A DNA stretch of 58,055 bases from sequence record SRR31156797_4070. One strand, 5' to 3'. A program made the translations under genes and the position numbers. Below are positions 9,221 to 19,963 of the stretch, piece after piece. The notes under the pieces were generated by a model. The model did no database searches, was not told the DNA's origin, and worked only from the letters and a program-made list of their open reading frames with translations. Within the stretch, counting starts at the first letter, position 1, and each line of letters begins with the position of its first letter.

Positions 9221-10618
9221 ATGGCAAAAGTACATATAATGGATACAATTTTACGTGATGCTCACCAGTCACAGGCTGCAACACGTATGCGTACCGATGA
9301 AATGCTGCCAGTTGCGAAGCAATTGGACGAAATCGGATATTGGTCATTGGAAATGTGGGGCGGAGCAACATTCGACTCATGCTTGCGTTTCCTAAAAGAA
9401 GATCCATGGGAAAGACTAAGAATTCTGCGCAAAGCAATGCCAAATACAAAATTGCAAATGCTTCTTCGTGGTCAGAATATCCTAGGATACAAGCACTACT
9501 CTGATGAAGTAGTAGATATGTTTGTAAAGAAAGCAATAGAAAATGGTATCGATGTATTACGTATATTCGACGCTTTAAACGATACACGTAACATGAAGCA
9601 GGCTATCGAATCTACAAAGAAATATGGCGGTCATGTAGAAGGTTGTATATGCTATACAACAAGCCCTGTTCACACACGTGAATACTTCGTAAAGCTGGCA
9701 AAAGAATTAGAAGAAATGGGTTCAGATACAATCTGTATCAAAGACATGGCATGTCTGCTGCTTCCATATGAAGCATATGAATTGGTTAAGGCTCTAAAAG
9801 CTGAAGTAAAGGTTCCAATTCACCTGCATACACACAATACTTCAGGTACAGGTAATATGATTCTGCTAAAGGCTATTGAAGCTGGCGTAGATATCGTAGA
9901 TACTGCATTGTCACCACTTGGTAATGGTACTGCTCAGCCTGCAACAGAGCCTCTGGTAAAGACTCTGGAAGGCACAGAATACGACACTGGTCTAGACGTA
10001 AACAAGCTAAATGATATAGCCGACCACTTCAAAGTTGTTGCTCAACGCTTAAAGGATGACGGCTTCCTAGATCCACGTGTTCTATCAGTTAATATCAAGA
10101 CATTAATGTATCAGGTTCCAGGCGGAATGCTATCAAACCTAATGAGTCAGATCAAAAAGCAAGGTGCTGACGATAAGTTCGAAGAAGTTCTGGCAGAAGT
10201 ACCAAGAGTACGTGCAGACTTCGGTTATCCACCCCTTGTTACTCCATCATCACAGATTGTTGGTACACAGGCTGTGCTAAATGTTCTTTCAGGCGAAAGA
10301 TACAAGATGATTACAAAAGAATCAAAAGGTTTGTTAAGAGGCGAATACGGCAGACTGCCAGCTGAACCAAACCCAGAGATTGTCAAGCTGGCACTTGGCG
10401 ACGAGCCACGCATAACTCACAGACCAGCTGATGATATCCCTGCTGACCTTGATAAATACAGAGACGAAATGAAGGAATATCTGGAGCAGGAAGAAGACGT
10501 ACTAAGTTACGCATTATTCCCACCAGTTGCTACAGAATTCTTCAAGTACAGACGTGCTCAAAAGTATGGTGTTGATTCAAAGCTATACAAAGAGGGCGAA
10601 AAAGTACACCCAATTTAA
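9221..10618 (+). CDS. oadA: Oxaloacetate decarboxylase alpha / pyruvate carboxyltransferase subunit, without C-terminal biotinyl domain
   Basis: RDAHQS, WGGATFD, LLRGQN, IKDMA, HLHTH, PPLVTPSSQIVG. Confidence 0.92.
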   Translation: MAKVHIMDTILRDAHQSQAATRMRTDEMLPVAKQLDEIGYWSLEMWGGATFDSCLRFLKEDPWERLRILRKAMPNTKLQMLLRGQNILGYKHYSDEVVDMFVKKAIENGIDVLRIFDALNDTRNMKQAIESTKKYGGHVEGCICYTTSPVHTREYFVKLAKELEEMGSDTICIKDMACLLLPYEAYELVKALKAEVKVPIHLHTHNTSGTGNMILLKAIEAGVDIVDTALSPLGNGTAQPATEPLVKTLEGTEYDTGLDVNKLNDIADHFKVVAQRLKDDGFLDPRVLSVNIKTLMYQVPGGMLSNLMSQIKKQGADDKFEEVLAEVPRVRADFGYPPLVTPSSQIVGTQAVLNVLSGERYKMITKESKGLLRGEYGRLPAEPNPEIVKLALGDEPRITHRPADDIPADLDKYRDEMKEYLEQEEDVLSYALFPPVATEFFKYRRAQKYGVDSKLYKEGEKVHPI

Positions 10619-10642
10619 TAAAACCACTGATATTAAATATTA

Positions 10643-10675
10643 AAGGAACCTATGCTTTATGCATAGGTTCTTTGC
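10643..10675 (+). terminator. Intrinsic terminator after oadA
   Basis: GAACCTATGC-tttat-GCATAGGTTC followed by T-rich tract. Confidence 0.85.
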
Positions 10676-10779
10676 TTTTAATCTAATTTCCAGGAAATAC
10701 TAATATAAAATCTCTTTGTTTATCTCATACTAAAGATATGCTATAATCACAATGAATAAGTGAAAAAAAGGAGACCAAT

Positions 10780-11895
10780 ATGAAAGACCCAAGATTACAA
10801 AAATTAGCACATAATCTAATAAATTATTCATGCAAGCTAAAAAAAGGTGAAAAGATATTAATTCAGATTTCAGGTGACCACTATGAAATCGGTTGTATGC
10901 TGCTAGAAGAAGCATATAAAGTAGGTGCACTACCATTTATCCAGACATCAAATGCCAAAATCCAGCGAACTTTCCTACAGCAAGTGTCAGAGGAAGCACT
11001 AGAATTAAAAGCAAAAAATGATGCAGCTATGATGAAGCAAATGGACGCATACATCGGATTGCGTGGAGGAGACAATACATCCGAATTATCAGATATACCA
11101 TCAGACCAGATGAGCAAATATATGTCTATATACGGTATGAAGGTTCATGGTGAAATCAGGGTAAACGACACAAAATGGGTAGTACTTCGTTATCCTTCAC
11201 CATCAATGGCACAGGCTGCAAATATGAGCACAGATGCTTTTGAAGACTATTACTTCAAAGTCTGCAATCTTGATTACTCTAAAATGGACAAAGCAATGGA
11301 TAGCCTAGTTGCCCTGATGCACAAAACTGATAAGGTTCGTTTGGTAGGTAAAGGAACAGATTTGACATTCTCTATCAAGGACATTCCTGCTATTAAATGT
11401 GCAGGCGAGATGAATATACCAGATGGAGAAGTATTTACAGCACCCGTCAAGGACAGCGTAAACGGGAAAATTACATACAACACTCCAGCATTATATCAAG
11501 GCTTTACATACGAAAACATTTGTCTGGAGTTTAAAGATGGGAAAATTGTAAATGCTACCTGCAATGATACGCAAAAAATCAATGAAGTATTTGACACAGA
11601 CGAGGGAGCACGATATGTCGGCGAATTTGCAATCGGTGTAAATCCATACATCACATCACCAATGAAGGATACTTTATTCGATGAAAAAATTGCCGGCTCT
11701 ATCCACTTCACACCAGGTAAGGCATATGACGAAGCACCGAATGGCAATAGCTCTGCTATTCACTGGGATTTGGTTATGATTCAGACTCCTGAATACGGCG
11801 GTGGAGAAATTTACTTCGACGATGTATTAATCAGAAAAGATGGATTATTTGTACTTGATGAATTAAAGTGCTTAAATCCTGAGAATTTAAAATAA
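10780..11895 (+). CDS. Aminopeptidase, M29 (AmpS/PepS) family
   Basis: NIPDGEVFTAP, GEFAIG, LFDEKIAGSIH, SAIHWD. Confidence 0.92.
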   Translation: MKDPRLQKLAHNLINYSCKLKKGEKILIQISGDHYEIGCMLLEEAYKVGALPFIQTSNAKIQRTFLQQVSEEALELKAKNDAAMMKQMDAYIGLRGGDNTSELSDIPSDQMSKYMSIYGMKVHGEIRVNDTKWVVLRYPSPSMAQAANMSTDAFEDYYFKVCNLDYSKMDKAMDSLVALMHKTDKVRLVGKGTDLTFSIKDIPAIKCAGEMNIPDGEVFTAPVKDSVNGKITYNTPALYQGFTYENICLEFKDGKIVNATCNDTQKINEVFDTDEGARYVGEFAIGVNPYITSPMKDTLFDEKIAGSIHFTPGKAYDEAPNGNSSAIHWDLVMIQTPEYGGGEIYFDDVLIRKDGLFVLDELKCLNPENLK

Positions 11896-11914
11896 TAATT
11901 GGATTTGACTGCTT

Positions 11915-11944
11915 AAGGACTGAGTATCCAGCTCGGTCCTTTTT
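11915..11944 (+). terminator. Intrinsic terminator after aminopeptidase
   Basis: AGGACTGAG...CTCGGTCCT-TTTT. Confidence 0.8.
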
Positions 11945-12015
11945 GTTATATTTATACAATTTATCATTGCGCATGTATCATATATTGGAGTATAATACGT
12001 CAGAGGAGATATATA

Positions 12016-12660
12016 ATGGGAAGTACTTTTGAAGAAGTATTGGGAAATATAATAGGATATAATATCGTTGGTTTAATTTTTCTATACTCAGCTGGTATTG
12101 TCGCTCTCATACCAACAGTGATAGTAACTGCAATAAATCGTAAGACAGGCAGATATAGGATTGCAATACCCTCATCAAGTACGCCAAAAAAATATTTGAC
12201 CCGTACAACTTCAACAAATAGTAATAAGCCCCCACAGTATATCATCGAATGTAAACAAGAAACTTATAAAGTCAATCCATATTATAGAAAAATTGGCAAT
12301 ATTAATATTCGAAAGAAAATAATCGAGATAACAAATAAGTTTGAGAAATTGACAGATACACTTCACACCAAACCTAATAAATTCAGTGATGTGCATAATA
12401 TTATAAAAGATACTATTGAATCATGTGAGATTGTGTTTCAACTGGCACTCAAATCATCCCTAAACACTATGTCAAATACCAATCCATCATTTGCTCAGTC
12501 AGAAGCCGAGAAAAAAATAGTTCAAGCTCTTGATTCAATAATAAAAAAAATTAACAACAAAATCGATAATATTTATGTAAGCAATTCCGAAATTCTTCAA
12601 GCAGAAATTGATGCACTGGAGAAATCACTGCAGGCAAAAGGATTGCTAGATGCTGATTAG
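12016..12660 (+). CDS. Membrane-anchored hypothetical protein, possibly XpaC-like (5-bromo-4-chloroindolyl phosphate hydrolysis family)
   Basis: GAGGAG RBS; N-terminal TM, helical C-terminus ending AEIDALEKSLQAKGLL; family call weak. Confidence 0.45.
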   Translation: MGSTFEEVLGNIIGYNIVGLIFLYSAGIVALIPTVIVTAINRKTGRYRIAIPSSSTPKKYLTRTTSTNSNKPPQYIIECKQETYKVNPYYRKIGNINIRKKIIEITNKFEKLTDTLHTKPNKFSDVHNIIKDTIESCEIVFQLALKSSLNTMSNTNPSFAQSEAEKKIVQALDSIIKKINNKIDNIYVSNSEILQAEIDALEKSLQAKGLLDAD

Positions 12661-12769
12661 GATTTTATAATAAATATGCACATTTCTATAAGGCTAAACT
12701 CATAAAGCTTAGTCATTACTATTGAAACTTTCAAACTATGATATAGTAAATAACATTGCACACTATCAC

Positions 12770-13600
12770 TTAATAGATATTCTCATACTCATAATCAATA
12801 CCATCATAGCTAAATGTCATATGGTAACTATCCTCTGTCATTATATCCTCGAAGCTTGTAGGACGTTGTTGATAGAAATCATATGGGATTTCCAATTGAG
12901 TTTTATTATCATAAAACACACCAGCTGCTTTTACAATTGAACCATCGTAATAAAGTATATTAAGGTAAAGCGTTTCATTTGTAAGCTGCGAACCCACGAT
13001 GTAGAGTGCGCCATTCTTATCAATATAATATTGATCTCTTGATGTTGTAGTTGGCTGGTCTAATACTACATGATTCTCATATATGTTGTTCTCACCGTCA
13101 TAGAACATTCTGGTCTCAACTATTGGATTGCTCTTATCTTCAATAGTATAGGCAATATTAGAATATATATATATTGAGCCTTCTAATATTGTAGTTGAAA
13201 CAGTATACATATCGTATTCTGTATCCTCAATTTCCTGCTCCCAGCCGGCTCCATTAACCTCAAAATTTACTAATACCATATTGGGCTGTGTATAACTCAG
13301 CTTGTACTCTAGCATTGCCATATTCAGGTCATGATCATTTACTTTTTCTGCACCTTCACTAATGAATTCCCCCATGTCCTCTAGAGTCTGTACGAAGTCC
13401 GATAAGCTTTGTAAACCATCTGTATCGCTATTGCCTACAGTGTCGTCTTGTGAGTTAACTTCCTCTGAATCCACATTGTCTGTAGAAACCGAAATATCCT
13501 GACTTTTCTGATTTTCTTGAATTTCCTGCTTAGCTGTACATGACGCTAATAAACACACAATAAAAACAACCAATATCACTACACTCAGCTTTTTACTCAT
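12770..13600 (-). CDS. Acidic lipoprotein of unknown function
   Basis: AGGAG RBS before ATG 13600; signal peptide with lipobox LASC. Confidence 0.75.
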   Translation of the reverse strand: MSKKLSVVILVVFIVCLLASCTAKQEIQENQKSQDISVSTDNVDSEEVNSQDDTVGNSDTDGLQSLSDFVQTLEDMGEFISEGAEKVNDHDLNMAMLEYKLSYTQPNMVLVNFEVNGAGWEQEIEDTEYDMYTVSTTILEGSIYIYSNIAYTIEDKSNPIVETRMFYDGENNIYENHVVLDQPTTTSRDQYYIDKNGALYIVGSQLTNETLYLNILYYDGSIVKAAGVFYDNKTQLEIPYDFYQQRPTSFEDIMTEDSYHMTFSYDGIDYEYENIY

Positions 13601-13781
13601 AAAATACTCCTTTTTCACATGAAATACATACATACTAACAAATGAATGTTATGTATATGTTATCACCTGCAAAATATATCATTATTTTACATTTATTGTG
13701 CATTAATATTGGTTGATTAATTAATAATATTTTTACAATACTAAGTCTTTATTATTTTAACTTAATACGTTTTTTTAGTTA

Positions 13782-15047
13782 TTACTTCAAGATTTCACAG
13801 CCCACAAACGGCACCAATACCTTTGGCAGTACTACTGAGCCGTCAGCTTGCTGGAATTGTTCCAGTATTGCTGGTAATAATCTGCTGGTTGCCAGTCCTG
13901 AACCATTCAATGTGTGCATTAACTGTGTTTTTTTATCGCCTTTATTCTTGAACTTAAGCCCTGCACGTCTTGCCTGATAGTCTCTGGCATTTGATACAGA
14001 TGATACTTCCTTATATTCATTCATAGATGGCATCCACACTTCGATATCATATGTAGTCGCCATAGATGCTGCTACATCACCTGCTGCCAGCTTTGATAGC
14101 CTGTAATGAAGCCCTAATCCCTCCACCAATTTGCATGCTTTTTCGATTAATTCTTTATGCAGTGTATCGCTTTCCTCTGGCTTAGTAAATGCAAACATCT
14201 CCACCTTATTGAATTGGTGTCCTCTTATCATACCACGCTCATTTGCTCTGTAGCTTCCTGCTTCGCTTCTGTAACATGGTGTATATGCAAATAATCTCTT
14301 TGGAAGTTCCTCGCCCTGCAGTATCTCGCCTCTGTACAGGTTTATGAGAGCTGTCTCTGCCGTTGGCAGCATAAACATAAATCTATCACCCTCAATTTTG
14401 AAAACTTCATCCTGAAATTTTGGGAACTGTCCTGCACCATATCCACATTCGTAGTTAAGCATATGCGGAGGCAGGATAAACTCATATCCATCCTTTACAT
14501 GCTCTGATACAAAATAATTCAGCAATGCCCATTCAATAAGTGCTCCTGTGCCTTTGTATATCCAGAATCCATTGCCACCTAGCTTTACGCCCCGCTCATA
14601 GTCAATCAAACCTAAGCCTGTTGCCAAGTCCACATGGTTCTTTTCTTCAAATTGGAAATCTGGCTTTTCGCCAAATACCTTTACTACTTCGTTTTTCTCT
14701 TTTCCCCCTGCAACTACATCTTCATCAGGCAGATTTGGCAATGCTCCGACAAATTCATTCACCTTTTCATCCAGCTTTGCCAACTCCACATCTAATTCCT
14801 TTATATCATCACTGGCCTTTTTCATTGCTTCAAAGAGATGGCTTGGGTCGCCGCCTTCACGCTTAATTGTCCCAACCTCTTTGCTGGATTTATTTCTTTG
14901 AGCCTTTAGGTCCTCAACTTTTCCTATTAACGCCTTACGCTCTGCGTCCAATTCTAGGAATTCGCCGAAATCCACCTCATAGTTACGCTTTGCCAGCGCC
15001 TGCTTTACCATTTCTGGATTGCTTCTGATTAACTGTATGTCTAACAT
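13782..15047 (-). CDS. serS: Serine--tRNA ligase
   Basis: MLDI start, coiled-coil arm, LPTAE, RGHQFNKVE, HTLNGSGLA. Confidence 0.97.
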   Translation of the reverse strand: MLDIQLIRSNPEMVKQALAKRNYEVDFGEFLELDAERKALIGKVEDLKAQRNKSSKEVGTIKREGGDPSHLFEAMKKASDDIKELDVELAKLDEKVNEFVGALPNLPDEDVVAGGKEKNEVVKVFGEKPDFQFEEKNHVDLATGLGLIDYERGVKLGGNGFWIYKGTGALIEWALLNYFVSEHVKDGYEFILPPHMLNYECGYGAGQFPKFQDEVFKIEGDRFMFMLPTAETALINLYRGEILQGEELPKRLFAYTPCYRSEAGSYRANERGMIRGHQFNKVEMFAFTKPEESDTLHKELIEKACKLVEGLGLHYRLSKLAAGDVAASMATTYDIEVWMPSMNEYKEVSSVSNARDYQARRAGLKFKNKGDKKTQLMHTLNGSGLATSRLLPAILEQFQQADGSVVLPKVLVPFVGCEILK

Positions 15048-15175
15048 AAATGAAACCTCAATATATATTTTTTACAATATAACACAAATGATAGGATTTT
15101 TAAATAGTCAGCTTTAATTTATATTATTTATAATCACCATTTAAAAGGATTTAATGCATTGTCTAATATACATAT

Positions 15176-15204
15176 GTATAAAATACAATAATCTGGCAAC
15201 AATA
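15176..15204 (+). promoter_or_regulatory. Putative SigF (forespore) promoter of spoIIR
   Basis: GTATA-14nt-GGCAACAATA resembles SigF consensus (spacer 1 nt short); spoIIR is SigF-dependent in model spore formers. Confidence 0.5.
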
Positions 15205-15236
15205 TTTTTAGAAAATAATTTTGGAAGGTAAATATC

Positions 15237-15938
15237 GTGAATAACTTACATAAATACTTGAAAATAAGGAATCAATACTACTTTGTGCTGACTGCATTAT
15301 CTCTTTTAACTGTAATGTTTTTTATACCGTCATGCACTTCCAATGACGTATACACCAATGCAGTACGACTTCATGTAGTAGCAAACAGTGACAGTGAAGT
15401 TGATCAAGAGATTAAATTAATTGTAAGAGATGAAATTGTACAAGAGCTCTTTGAACCTCTGGAGAAAACAACATCAAGCGATGAAAGCTATCAATATCTG
15501 CTGGATAATACCTCGGAAATAGAAGCAATTGCAAATAATATTCTCATGAAAAACGGATATTCTTATAATGCAAATGTTGAAATAGGCATTCATACCTATC
15601 CTACGAGAATGTATGAAAATGCAACCCTGCCTGCAGGAGAATATCGCAGCGTCAGAGTAATACTTGGTGATGGAAGCGGCAGGAACTGGTGGTGCGTTGT
15701 CTATCCTCCTATGTGCGTTGAAGTCTCAGAGGATGAGGATGCAGTCCTAGAAACAGAGGAAAGTTCTGATATCGATGAAGAAAAAGAAAGTGTAGAAGAC
15801 ATGGAAAGTGAAGAAAATAAGGAAAATAAAGAAGATATTGTATTTAAGTCAAGCATTCTGGACAGACTAGGAGTAGATACCCCTCAGCCAAAACCAAAAG
15901 CAAAAAAAAGGCTGCTTAAATGGCTGAATTCATATTAG
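15237..15938 (+). CDS. spoIIR: Stage II sporulation protein R
   Basis: VRLHVVANSDS, LPAGEY, GRNWWCVVYPPMC. Confidence 0.95.
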   Translation: MNNLHKYLKIRNQYYFVLTALSLLTVMFFIPSCTSNDVYTNAVRLHVVANSDSEVDQEIKLIVRDEIVQELFEPLEKTTSSDESYQYLLDNTSEIEAIANNILMKNGYSYNANVEIGIHTYPTRMYENATLPAGEYRSVRVILGDGSGRNWWCVVYPPMCVEVSEDEDAVLETEESSDIDEEKESVEDMESEENKENKEDIVFKSSILDRLGVDTPQPKPKAKKRLLKWLNSY

Positions 15939-15953
15939 CAAAGGAAAAGGCAA

Positions 15954-16613
15954 ATGAAGAAAAAAATAATATGTGTTTTCTTAATACTGATTATAATGTT
16001 TACCTTTGTCGGTGCAGGAACTATTGTACTAAAAAAAGGCGACTATGGTTCAGATGTAGAGAAAATCCAGACCAGACTGAAGCAATGGGGCTACTATGAC
16101 GGAGCAATAGACGGAATATACGGCTCATCTACAGAAGCAGCAGTCCGTCTGTTCCAGAAGAGAAATGGTCTGACAGTAGACGGAATATGCGGTTCTGCAA
16201 CGGCACAGGCTATCGGCATAACACTGTCCTCAACTGGCGGCGGAACATCTCTGCCCAGCAATAACGACGACGTTTATCTATTGGCAAGAGCCGTGTATGC
16301 AGAAGCAAGAGGCGAACCATACACAGGACAGGTGGCAGTTGCAGCTGTTATTCTAAACCGTGTTGCATCCTCTCAGTTTCCCAATACTATTTCCAGCGTA
16401 ATATATCAGCGCAATGCGTTCTCCTCTGTAAACGATGGGCAAATCAATCTGACGCCCAGTGACGAAGCAATCAGGGCAGCAAAGGATGCACTAAATGGAT
16501 GGGATCCAAGCAATGGCGCACTATACTTCTACAATCCAAATACATCTACCAGTTCATGGATATTTACCAGAACAGTAATAGCGAAAATTGGGAGGCATAA
16601 TTTTGCAGTTTAA
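15954..16613 (+). CDS. sleB: Spore cortex-lytic enzyme
   Basis: Signal peptide, PG-binding domain (IDGIYG, FQKRNGLTVDG), Hydrolase_2 domain AEARGEPY; precedes ypeB. Confidence 0.93.
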   Translation: MKKKIICVFLILIIMFTFVGAGTIVLKKGDYGSDVEKIQTRLKQWGYYDGAIDGIYGSSTEAAVRLFQKRNGLTVDGICGSATAQAIGITLSSTGGGTSLPSNNDDVYLLARAVYAEARGEPYTGQVAVAAVILNRVASSQFPNTISSVIYQRNAFSSVNDGQINLTPSDEAIRAAKDALNGWDPSNGALYFYNPNTSTSSWIFTRTVIAKIGRHNFAV

Positions 16614-17940
16614 TACAAAAAATTTAAAACAAAAAGTGAAAGATAATTCCACCACAATAATTCTGGTTGTCCTTTTAATTATTGCTGCCTCATGGGGCTC
16701 ATCACAATATGCAAAGGTTGTAGAGTACCAGCGTGCACTGGATAATATGTACGAACTTTCATATTACGAATTAGTAGATTCAATGGAAAATATTGATATA
16801 GATATTTCTAAGTTAGTCGTCTCATCTTCCCCCGGCGACACATTGGAGCTATTATCCTCAATTTCCAGAAAAACAGACTATGCCGTATCATCACTGACCA
16901 GTCTGCCGATTTCACATCCTGCAGCTATGAACACAATGGCGTTCTTAAATACCCTTGGCGATTACTGCCGTTCCTTAGTAAAAAAAGGCGGCGAGGGTCT
17001 TATGATATCCGGCGAAGATTACGAAAATCTTATTAAGATGCGGGACTCCTGCAAAAGCCTTCGTACAACTTTGGAGGGTGTATCAGTAGATTATGATATG
17101 CTTCCAAACGAGGAATGGGACTATTATCAGCAGGTAGAACAGGGAGTTTACGATCCCTTTACCTTCGACAGCAACGGTGGTATGGACTATCCATCCATTG
17201 TATATGATGGACCTTTCTCTGATGCCCTTATAGGTATGACACCAAAAGGATTATCCAATAGTACATGTTCAAAGAATGAAGCAAGAGAGATAGCATCAAC
17301 CTGTCTTAATATCCCTGCAGAGGATATTGTAATAACTGCAAAAGGCTCAAAGAATATGGATGGATATACCTGTACAGTTGAAAACGGTGATTCCTGCTTC
17401 GTATCTACAACAGGTGATATTATATGGATGATGAAAGAAGCTAATGCGACTTTTGAAAAGCTTAGTTATGAGAAGTGTGTTGATTCAGCAAAAGCCTATC
17501 TTGATACCTGCGGTATCGATACCTCAAACCTTGTAGACACTTGGGAACAAACATATGATGGGCAGACTGTGGTGAGCTTTGCCACCGTGCAGGATAATGC
17601 CATCTGCTATCCTGATTTGATAAAATGCAAGGTCAATATGGAGGACGGCTCTGTTCTTGCCATGGATGCACTAGGCTACTATATGAACCACCAGCAGCGT
17701 AATATCCCATCGGATATAATCTCTTCTGAGGAAGCTGAGAATACAATCTTAGGCACTATTGACGTGACTGACAGTAAGCTGTGCTATATTCCTACCGGCG
17801 GCGGAGATGAACTCCTATGCTATGAATTTACCTGTATACAGGAAAACGAAGATTACTTAATATATATCAATGCTTTAGACGGAGTGCAGGAAAGAGTTTA
17901 TAAAGTAGTTGATACTATGGATGGCGAACTGGTAGTATAA
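16603..17940 (+). CDS. ypeB: Germination protein YpeB
   Basis: TTG start after GGAGG overlapping sleB end; YPSIVYDGPFSD, YPDLIK, LCYEF PepSY-type motifs. Confidence 0.9.
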   Translation: MQFNTKNLKQKVKDNSTTIILVVLLIIAASWGSSQYAKVVEYQRALDNMYELSYYELVDSMENIDIDISKLVVSSSPGDTLELLSSISRKTDYAVSSLTSLPISHPAAMNTMAFLNTLGDYCRSLVKKGGEGLMISGEDYENLIKMRDSCKSLRTTLEGVSVDYDMLPNEEWDYYQQVEQGVYDPFTFDSNGGMDYPSIVYDGPFSDALIGMTPKGLSNSTCSKNEAREIASTCLNIPAEDIVITAKGSKNMDGYTCTVENGDSCFVSTTGDIIWMMKEANATFEKLSYEKCVDSAKAYLDTCGIDTSNLVDTWEQTYDGQTVVSFATVQDNAICYPDLIKCKVNMEDGSVLAMDALGYYMNHQQRNIPSDIISSEEAENTILGTIDVTDSKLCYIPTGGGDELLCYEFTCIQENEDYLIYINALDGVQERVYKVVDTMDGELVV

Positions 17941-17990
17941 TAATCTTTGTGTGTATTGTAATGTTTTCTATAGCTGTTTACAATAACACA

Positions 17991-19634
17991 TTAATTCAGG
18001 TAGTCTGCATCCCACTTACTATGTATGATAAAGTCAAAAATATTATTTTCTGCATCAATAGTTTCTAATATAGTAAAATCTTCTGATCGGATTCCTCCAT
18101 CAGTAGTTTTTACTATTTGCATTGCTATCCCTTGAGATTTTTTGATAATAACTTCTTTTCTGCCTTTTAATATATTATCTTCATATCTGTTTATTATTAC
18201 TTGAGATAGTGCAAATGGGTTTTTAAATGATTTCAAAATCTTTTTGAAATGCTTAATATCAAGAGAGTATCTGTCAGCAAAATCAATAATTTCACTATTT
18301 TTATTTTCTGTATAGGAAATAAGACTCAGTACTTGCAATGAGTAGCACTCTACAAATATATCCTTATCTGATGCTTTAATATTGTTTAGCTTAAAAACAT
18401 GATAAAATGCTCTTTCTATTTCATCTTTTTCATCATTTGAATATAAGTATAGCTTGTAATTTAGTATACCTCTTTTTATAAAAAGAGTATAATCTTCGTT
18501 GCCATGCATTGCAAAACTATATGATTTATTATTGCTTAGCAAATTCTCTTTTTCTTTTAGTACTTCTATATCCGCTCTGTTGGCCAAATCAATTATTAAA
18601 GTCATTTCATCGCTTATATCAAATCTTAACTCTTGATAATTGACAATATTGCCTAATTCATATTGCCTTTTCAAAAAGTCTTGAGATAATCGCAATTTTT
18701 TATCACTAGACATATATTCCATTTTCACTATATCAGGTAGTTTCTCGTTTCCTTCCAAATTGCTCTCTGTAAATAAGAAAAAATCAGTAGAGTTAAATTC
18801 GTATATTTTGTGATGATTTAGCTTAACTCTATCAATGCCCCATGTTACTGATGAGTATATAAATACTCCGGCAGTGGTTATGATTAACGCTATTACAGTA
18901 TATTTGATTATTTTCTTAAAGACATTGTGGTACTTATTATTATTACTGACAATACCCAAAAACCACTCTAAAAAAGTAAGTGCCCATTCTTTTAGCGTTT
19001 TATTTTTAACTTTTATCTCAGACACTGTAACCATAAACATAATACTGGAAAAGGTTATTCCCAGTACAGTTGAATAATTCCTTCTGCCTTCTGTGGGAAA
19101 CATGTTTTCGAAATATCCATAGCGATATATCCAGAAATTACTTAACTGACCTAAATATATAAAATATAGTATTAAGAAAAGTATAATGGAAATAACACCT
19201 ATTATTGTTCTGTTTTTAGTTATTTGCTCAATATAGAAGTATATTAATACAAGCAGTAATATAACTATAGCCGATAGTACAATATATACGAATGAATCCA
19301 ACATAATTTGTGGAAGGGAATCATAGTTACCAATATCATTCTTTGATGTCTCTGAGCATAATCCTAACACTACGGAAAAATAAAAAACTGCAGTCCATAC
19401 TGCTTCTATTATTACTTTCAAAAAGATTCTAGTCTTTAATTTTTCATTCTGATATAATTTTTCACAAATGATAAATGTAATTATTAATATTAGAAAAGTC
19501 ATTAATGCAGTTATGATAAACCAACTTGGCACAGGTTTGTCTGCATAATAATAAACAATACCAAATAATATGGGCGATAATGCTATTGACAGCGCTATAT
19601 ATGCTGACTGTTTTACATTTAGTTTTTCCACCAT
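17991..19634 (-). CDS. Hypothetical membrane protein (N-terminal multi-TM region, C-terminal soluble domain)
   Basis: 547-aa ORF, about 7 hydrophobic segments, very AT-rich; no recognised motif. Confidence 0.6.
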   Translation of the reverse strand: MVEKLNVKQSAYIALSIALSPILFGIVYYYADKPVPSWFIITALMTFLILIITFIICEKLYQNEKLKTRIFLKVIIEAVWTAVFYFSVVLGLCSETSKNDIGNYDSLPQIMLDSFVYIVLSAIVILLLVLIYFYIEQITKNRTIIGVISIILFLILYFIYLGQLSNFWIYRYGYFENMFPTEGRRNYSTVLGITFSSIMFMVTVSEIKVKNKTLKEWALTFLEWFLGIVSNNNKYHNVFKKIIKYTVIALIITTAGVFIYSSVTWGIDRVKLNHHKIYEFNSTDFFLFTESNLEGNEKLPDIVKMEYMSSDKKLRLSQDFLKRQYELGNIVNYQELRFDISDEMTLIIDLANRADIEVLKEKENLLSNNKSYSFAMHGNEDYTLFIKRGILNYKLYLYSNDEKDEIERAFYHVFKLNNIKASDKDIFVECYSLQVLSLISYTENKNSEIIDFADRYSLDIKHFKKILKSFKNPFALSQVIINRYEDNILKGRKEVIIKKSQGIAMQIVKTTDGGIRSEDFTILETIDAENNIFDFIIHSKWDADYLN

Positions 19635-19916
19635 TTTTATTTCTTCACTTTTATAACTTATACTCTTTATTGAACTATCTGTAATTTAATATCCATTATA
19701 TACCATATAATTATAGCATACTTTCTTAATAATTTATCTGTATTTAAAATAAATATATAGTTTTTGTTATTCTAAAGTCTTACAATACTCAATATATTCT
19801 ATAAATGTCATTATGTAATGATTATAGACATACTGTTGACTTAACAAGAAATTCAGTAACATCTTCAAGCGTCTTATGTATCACACTTCTATCATGTGAA
19901 TTTCATTACACATAAA

Positions 19917-19943
19917 TAAAGAGCAGTAAAAACTGCCCTTTAA
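19917..19943 (-). terminator. Intrinsic terminator after 19964-20902 gene
   Basis: Minus strand AAAGGGCAGT-ttt-TACTGCTCTTT then T-rich. Confidence 0.65.
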
Positions 19944-19963
19944 TCCGAGAATATCGTTAAATA

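Noticed and set aside
15048-15236. T-box upstream of serS
   Set aside because: Intergenic region short and AT-rich; no GGTGGNACC T-box motif or terminator
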